Shown: one piece after another, positions 15,895-20,000 of the stretch
Numbering within the stretch: position 1 is the first letter of the stretch
Layout of the letters: each line of letters opens with the position of its first letter
Virus record (IMG/VR): IMGVR_UViG_3300033121_000902
Origin: an uncultured virus (IMG/VR IMGVR_UViG_3300033121_000902)
Taxonomy: Duplodnaviria; Heunggongvirae; Uroviricota; Caudoviricetes
Strand: one strand, 5' to 3'
Length of the DNA stretch: 20,000 nt
Translations under genes and position numbers: made by a program
The notes under the pieces: generated by a model
What the model saw: the letters and a program-made list of their open reading frames with translations, nothing else
What the model was told of the DNA's origin: nothing
The model's database searches: none

Positions 15895-18800
15895 ATGCCA
15901 TTATTAGGACTTAAGTTATTCGGATGTACTGTTAAAAATTTCTCTACTAATCTTGGTTGGGGAAGTTCAAAGAGTTCAGTGCGTGTTAGTTTAGTGCAAG
16001 ACACTTTATTAGGAGATTTATTCACTCCTCCTACTATCGGCACTCCTGTAAATATATCTTTTTATGCACTTAATTTTTCTGGTTTGCTGCAAAGGCATGA
16101 AGAAAGAAAAAGTGAGTCAGCAAATCCTGAATACGATATATTAATAGAAGACCCTAGAGAAATACTAGAAGGCACAGAAATTATAACCGGAGCTTATAAC
16201 GGTTCCACGTTTGGGGTTCCTAACTTAATTAATGCTTATGGTTATTGGGAAAATGTAGGTTTTGGAGGTTCATTAGTTAACGAAAGCGGAATGCCTTGGT
16301 ATCTAATAAAAAACGCTGTACAAACAATTACAGCCGGAACTAATGGTTCTTATGGTGGGCCATTAACATATAAAGGTGTTACTTATAAGCTAGATTTAAG
16401 TCAAATTCCAACAGTTCCAAATTATTATCGAATTCAAGGTGGAACATATACTAACTTAATGAGAGCTATAGAAGAAGTTTGCTCAGATAGCGGTTGTGAC
16501 TTTTTCGTAGAGCTTATTATTACTAATACTACTAGAACAATTAAAGTAAGAACTGTTAGTAGGAGGCTACAACCCGCTCCTGGAGTATTAACAAGTTTTA
16601 TCCAAACTTATACAAATAGTGGTGCGGCGAAAAGAAGTAGTGCTGGACTAGAAGCTAGAAATGAGATAACATCTTCATTTTTAGTTGGTGGCGAACAAAC
16701 AACAATGTTCGAAACATCAACAGGTATTCATCAATACTTTGGTTTAGATGTTTTAGGTTTACCTTTAGTTGGTAACGGCGTTGATTATTCAATGACTGCT
16801 ACTCTAAACTGTAGCGAAGTTTTTGATATATTAGGCACAAACGAATATGATACTGATATGCTGGAATTATTAAATGCTACATCAGATGTAACTACATGGA
16901 AATCTTATATACGTTCAAATAAACCAACTATTTCAAATTTAGTAGGATTAGATGGTATGCCTGGAGTTTTAGGAAATAATCCTCCTCAACCACAGGTTTT
17001 TAATGACCACGTATTAATGCGTGCTGGTAATCTAGCAGCGCACAATACAGCTATTGTCAGCGCGGAAACAGACTGGAAAGCTAACCGTATTTTCAGAATG
17101 GTACAGAAGAATGCTCATTTATTAGGAAAACAATTTTTAGTAGAAATACCATTCGTATTAGCTAAAGTAGAGCCTGATACTACAAAAATAGTATATAGTC
17201 ATGAACCTACTAACGCTGGTTACAAAGAAACTGGTTCTCCATTAAATTTGGACGAAGTTTTCCAAGATAATTTCAGTCCAGCGGCAGATGGAAGATATCA
17301 ACCGTTTTGTTTATTTGGAGATTTAGGAGATATAGATTTACGTAAAAATGATGTAGGAAGTTATGTTGTTGGTACGGATGGAGTTTACGTTAAATGCTCT
17401 GTTGACGAAAAAATTATTTGGCTTGACGAACTAACTCCATGTGTTCTAGTTCATGTAAACGAAGGCTTAGATAAACTTCCAACCACAGGAGTAGGAAACG
17501 AAAATCTTTTGCCTCAAGCTTTAGGAGGAAACAAAGCCGGTTTTGCCATTGCTGCCGCAAGAGGAGCAGCAGGGGCTTTTTCTTTATTAAAATCAACCCG
17601 ACCTCTTCCTGCTTATCCTACTGATTTTGCTATTCCACTTAAAAGTAATATACTTACTTATGGACCTTGGTATGCAATAGGTGGGCAAGGAAAGGTTCAT
17701 TATTCTCAAGACCCAGGTTTAGTACCTTGGAATTATGGTGGAACTACCATCATGAATCTAACAGGCTCGTCAAGAGTAACTGATGCTATTACATGGCAGC
17801 AATATGGGGAAACCGGAGATATAGAAATACCTGGAGCGCCAATAATTAACTTAGGCGATTTATTACAAGGTAACGGTCCAACTCTAACAAATATGGATAT
17901 TCAGTACGGAGCGGGTGGTGTAACCACCACTTATCGTTTCCATACTTTTACTAATAAAACAGCTTTTGGTAACTTAGGGAAGACTCAGTTTGATAGAATT
18001 AAAAAATTAGCTTTGAATAATCAAGCTATAAGAAGAGATGTAAGACAAGCTTTTAATAGATTACTTCCTCCTTCTAGTATAGCAAATGCTCAAATCAGCT
18101 TTTTACAGAATGAGATTAGTAAAGAATTAGGTATACCAGAAGCTCCTAGAAGTCCGCATGGTATAATCACAGCATGTTCTTACGAAGACGCTTCAGATAT
18201 AAATAAAAGAAGAGTGGGTTGTACGACAGCTAGTACAGTGGAAGCTTTACGTAGTTGGCAAGCTACTGATGTAACTATCAGCGGAACTCAAATTAGTTAT
18301 GAAGAAGTTTCTTCTATGTCTATGGATGGTTTTTTTAGACCTTTTAAGACAAAATTAAAAGAGGTTGGAACTTTTGATGATTATACATCAACTTATATTA
18401 ATCCTCTTAATTACGGAAGTGGAAACACGGTATTAGATTTAGACCCTTTTCAAAATGGTAATGATATTGACATTTTACTAGTTGATGGTGGTCAATATTC
18501 AATAGACGCACATAATTATATTAGTGGAAGTTTAAATGAACAAAATCAAAAACCTTTAGCTTTAAGAGCGCCATTAATATTAAATGGTTGGGGTTATTCT
18601 ACTGACGATGCTTGGGTTCCAAATGAAAATCCCACAACTTTAGACGGAAATATAGAAACTAATTATTTAAAGAAAAGTCATCATTGGAAAACTGGTCCGC
18701 TAGAGACATTATGGGATGACCAAAGAGGGGTTTGGACATCTTTTGGCAATTGTTTAGGAGTATTAACGTCTGATTGTGGTCCTGGTAGTGGAGTGAAGAT

Positions 18801-20000
18801 AGATTTATATTCATCTTACTCCGATGTTATTAATGGAAGAAGAAAAAATAGGACTGTATATAATTTTTCAAGCGGGACTTTGACTAGCGGTACTAGAGTT
18901 ACAGCAAGCTTTATACCTGAAGCTAAAAGCTGGTATATAACAAATACGCATGGTAATGCTAGCGGTGGTAGCGGAGGCACTCCAACCTCTTATGGAGATT
19001 ATGGTTGGGTTCAATATTCAGATGGTGTTGGAGGGTTTTTAGCGGAAGACGGTTTTGAATATGATGATGTCGCTAACAAATTGATTGTTGGGGATATAAG
19101 AATAAGTAATCAGATTGCTTCAGAAAATAGAATGGTTTATATTGAGACAGATGGAGATTTAACTATAAATCAACTTCTTTCGTCTGGAAGAGTACCGTAT
19201 ATTAACGGCTCTAATACTTTAAGTGATAATGCCGGTTTTACATACGATAACGCTATAAATAAATTAACTATTGGAGATGCAAAGCTAAGTAATCAAGCTT
19301 CATCCGAAAACAGAATTATATATATTAATACTTCTGGAGATTTATTAGATAATGGAATGTTAACTCCAACTAGAGTTCCTTATATAAACGCTTCGTATAC
19401 TCTTAGTGATAACGCAGGTTTTACATACGATAATGCTATAAACAAGTTAACTATTGGAGACGCAAAGTTAACTAACCAAGCGTCATCCGAAAATAGAATT
19501 ATATATATTAATACTTTTGGAGATTTATTAGATAACGGAATGTTGACTCCAACTAGAGTCCCTTACGTAAATGCATCGTATACTCTTAGCGATAACGCTG
19601 GATTTGTATATGATAACGCTTTAAATAAATTAACTGTTGGAAGTTTAGTTATTAGTAATGAAGCCGCATCAGAATATAGAATGTTATATATAGATACACT
19701 AGGAAATGTGTTAAACAACGCAATGTTGACTCCTACCAGAGTAGTTTTTGTTGATAGCGATGGTACTTTGGTTGATGATGCTGGCTTTGAGTATGATTAC
19801 TCTTTAAATAAATTAACTATTGGAAGTTTAGTAATTAGCAACGAAGCAGCATCAGAATATAGAATGTTGTACATAGATACAGTTGGAAACGTATTAAATA
19901 ACGCAATGTTAACTCCTACTAGAGTGGTTTTTGTTGATAGCGATGGTACTTTGGTTGATGATGCTGGCTTTGAGTATGATTATTCTTCAAATAAGTTAAC
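15895..20000 (+). CDS. Large tail tip/baseplate hub protein with C-terminal fibre-like repeats, 3'-truncated (>1368 aa)
   Basis: ATG at 15895, 3 nt after the upstream TAA. My translation (MPLLGLKLFGCTVKNFSTNLGWG...) stays open to the window end, which explains its absence from the ORF track. LMRAIEEVCSDSGCDFFVEL (16456-16515) resembles the helix-strand segment of Tal/gp27-like hubs. A Gly/Ser linker at 18952-18984 precedes the repeats. Confidence 0.8.
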   Translation, partial: MPLLGLKLFGCTVKNFSTNLGWGSSKSSVRVSLVQDTLLGDLFTPPTIGTPVNISFYALNFSGLLQRHEERKSESANPEYDILIEDPREILEGTEIITGAYNGSTFGVPNLINAYGYWENVGFGGSLVNESGMPWYLIKNAVQTITAGTNGSYGGPLTYKGVTYKLDLSQIPTVPNYYRIQGGTYTNLMRAIEEVCSDSGCDFFVELIITNTTRTIKVRTVSRRLQPAPGVLTSFIQTYTNSGAAKRSSAGLEARNEITSSFLVGGEQTTMFETSTGIHQYFGLDVLGLPLVGNGVDYSMTATLNCSEVFDILGTNEYDTDMLELLNATSDVTTWKSYIRSNKPTISNLVGLDGMPGVLGNNPPQPQVFNDHVLMRAGNLAAHNTAIVSAETDWKANRIFRMVQKNAHLLGKQFLVEIPFVLAKVEPDTTKIVYSHEPTNAGYKETGSPLNLDEVFQDNFSPAADGRYQPFCLFGDLGDIDLRKNDVGSYVVGTDGVYVKCSVDEKIIWLDELTPCVLVHVNEGLDKLPTTGVGNENLLPQALGGNKAGFAIAAARGAAGAFSLLKSTRPLPAYPTDFAIPLKSNILTYGPWYAIGGQGKVHYSQDPGLVPWNYGGTTIMNLTGSSRVTDAITWQQYGETGDIEIPGAPIINLGDLLQGNGPTLTNMDIQYGAGGVTTTYRFHTFTNKTAFGNLGKTQFDRIKKLALNNQAIRRDVRQAFNRLLPPSSIANAQISFLQNEISKELGIPEAPRSPHGIITACSYEDASDINKRRVGCTTASTVEALRSWQATDVTISGTQISYEEVSSMSMDGFFRPFKTKLKEVGTFDDYTSTYINPLNYGSGNTVLDLDPFQNGNDIDILLVDGGQYSIDAHNYISGSLNEQNQKPLALRAPLILNGWGYSTDDAWVPNENPTTLDGNIETNYLKKSHHWKTGPLETLWDDQRGVWTSFGNCLGVLTSDCGPGSGVKIDLYSSYSDVINGRRKNRTVYNFSSGTLTSGTRVTASFIPEAKSWYITNTHGNASGGSGGTPTSYGDYGWVQYSDGVGGFLAEDGFEYDDVANKLIVGDIRISNQIASENRMVYIETDGDLTINQLLSSGRVPYINGSNTLSDNAGFTYDNAINKLTIGDAKLSNQASSENRIIYINTSGDLLDNGMLTPTRVPYINASYTLSDNAGFTYDNAINKLTIGDAKLTNQASSENRIIYINTFGDLLDNGMLTPTRVPYVNASYTLSDNAGFVYDNALNKLTVGSLVISNEAASEYRMLYIDTLGNVLNNAMLTPTRVVFVDSDGTLVDDAGFEYDYSLNKLTIGSLVISNEAASEYRMLYIDTVGNVLNNAMLTPTRVVFVDSDGTLVDDAGFEYDYSSNKL
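19051..20000 (+). repeat. 183-bp (61-aa) tandem coding repeat, five full units plus a partial sixth
   Basis: GFxYD motif begins at 19051, 19234, 19417, 19600, 19783 and 19966. Example unit: GFTYDNAINKLTIGDAKLSNQASSENRIIYINTSGDLLDNGMLTPTRVPYINASYTLSDNA. Confidence 0.97.

Noticed and set aside
1377..17596. Short minus-strand ORFs in the track (e.g. 4715-4972, 7979-8173, 8813-9349, 13178-13606)
   Set aside because: They lie antisense to long, coherent + strand genes. The recurring MITNSPGV starts are simply the reverse complement of the TPGEFVI module.
19051..20000. DGR template/variable repeat or CRISPR array
   Set aside because: Repeats are in-frame, contiguous and spacerless. Differences are mostly synonymous, include many C/T changes and are not adenine-specific. 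No reverse transcriptase or cas gene is in the window.
1..20000. Alternative genetic code (stop-codon reassignment)
   Set aside because: The standard code gives near-complete coding density, including a 10.7-kb ORF. The one TAG stop (2050-2052) is followed by an ATG with a strong RBS in a different frame.

Overview
AT-rich, gene-dense, all + strand window that reads as the tail morphogenesis module of a large tailed phage. Gene order: 5'-truncated probable tail tube protein, three chaperone-position genes (two look like diverged paralogs), a ~3569-aa tape measure protein (TMP), a small beta-repeat protein, a probable distal-tail/hub protein, and a 3'-truncated hub/tail-tip protein (15895..>20000, absent from the ORF track) ending in 61-aa tandem repeats. 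The most striking feature is the TMP. Its ordinary helical/hydrophobic scaffold is interrupted by six copies of a ~50-aa module ([FYL]xxGG...LTPGEFV...[FY]xxGG) plus one lone FADGG. These delimit discrete cargo domains: two paralogous PD-(D/E)xK nuclease-like domains, two paralogous HExGH zinc metallopeptidase domains, and two unknown segments. The architecture suggests a TMP used as a modular, possibly di-glycine-processed polyprotein that injects effectors at infection. All functional calls come from motif reading and gene order; no database search was run.
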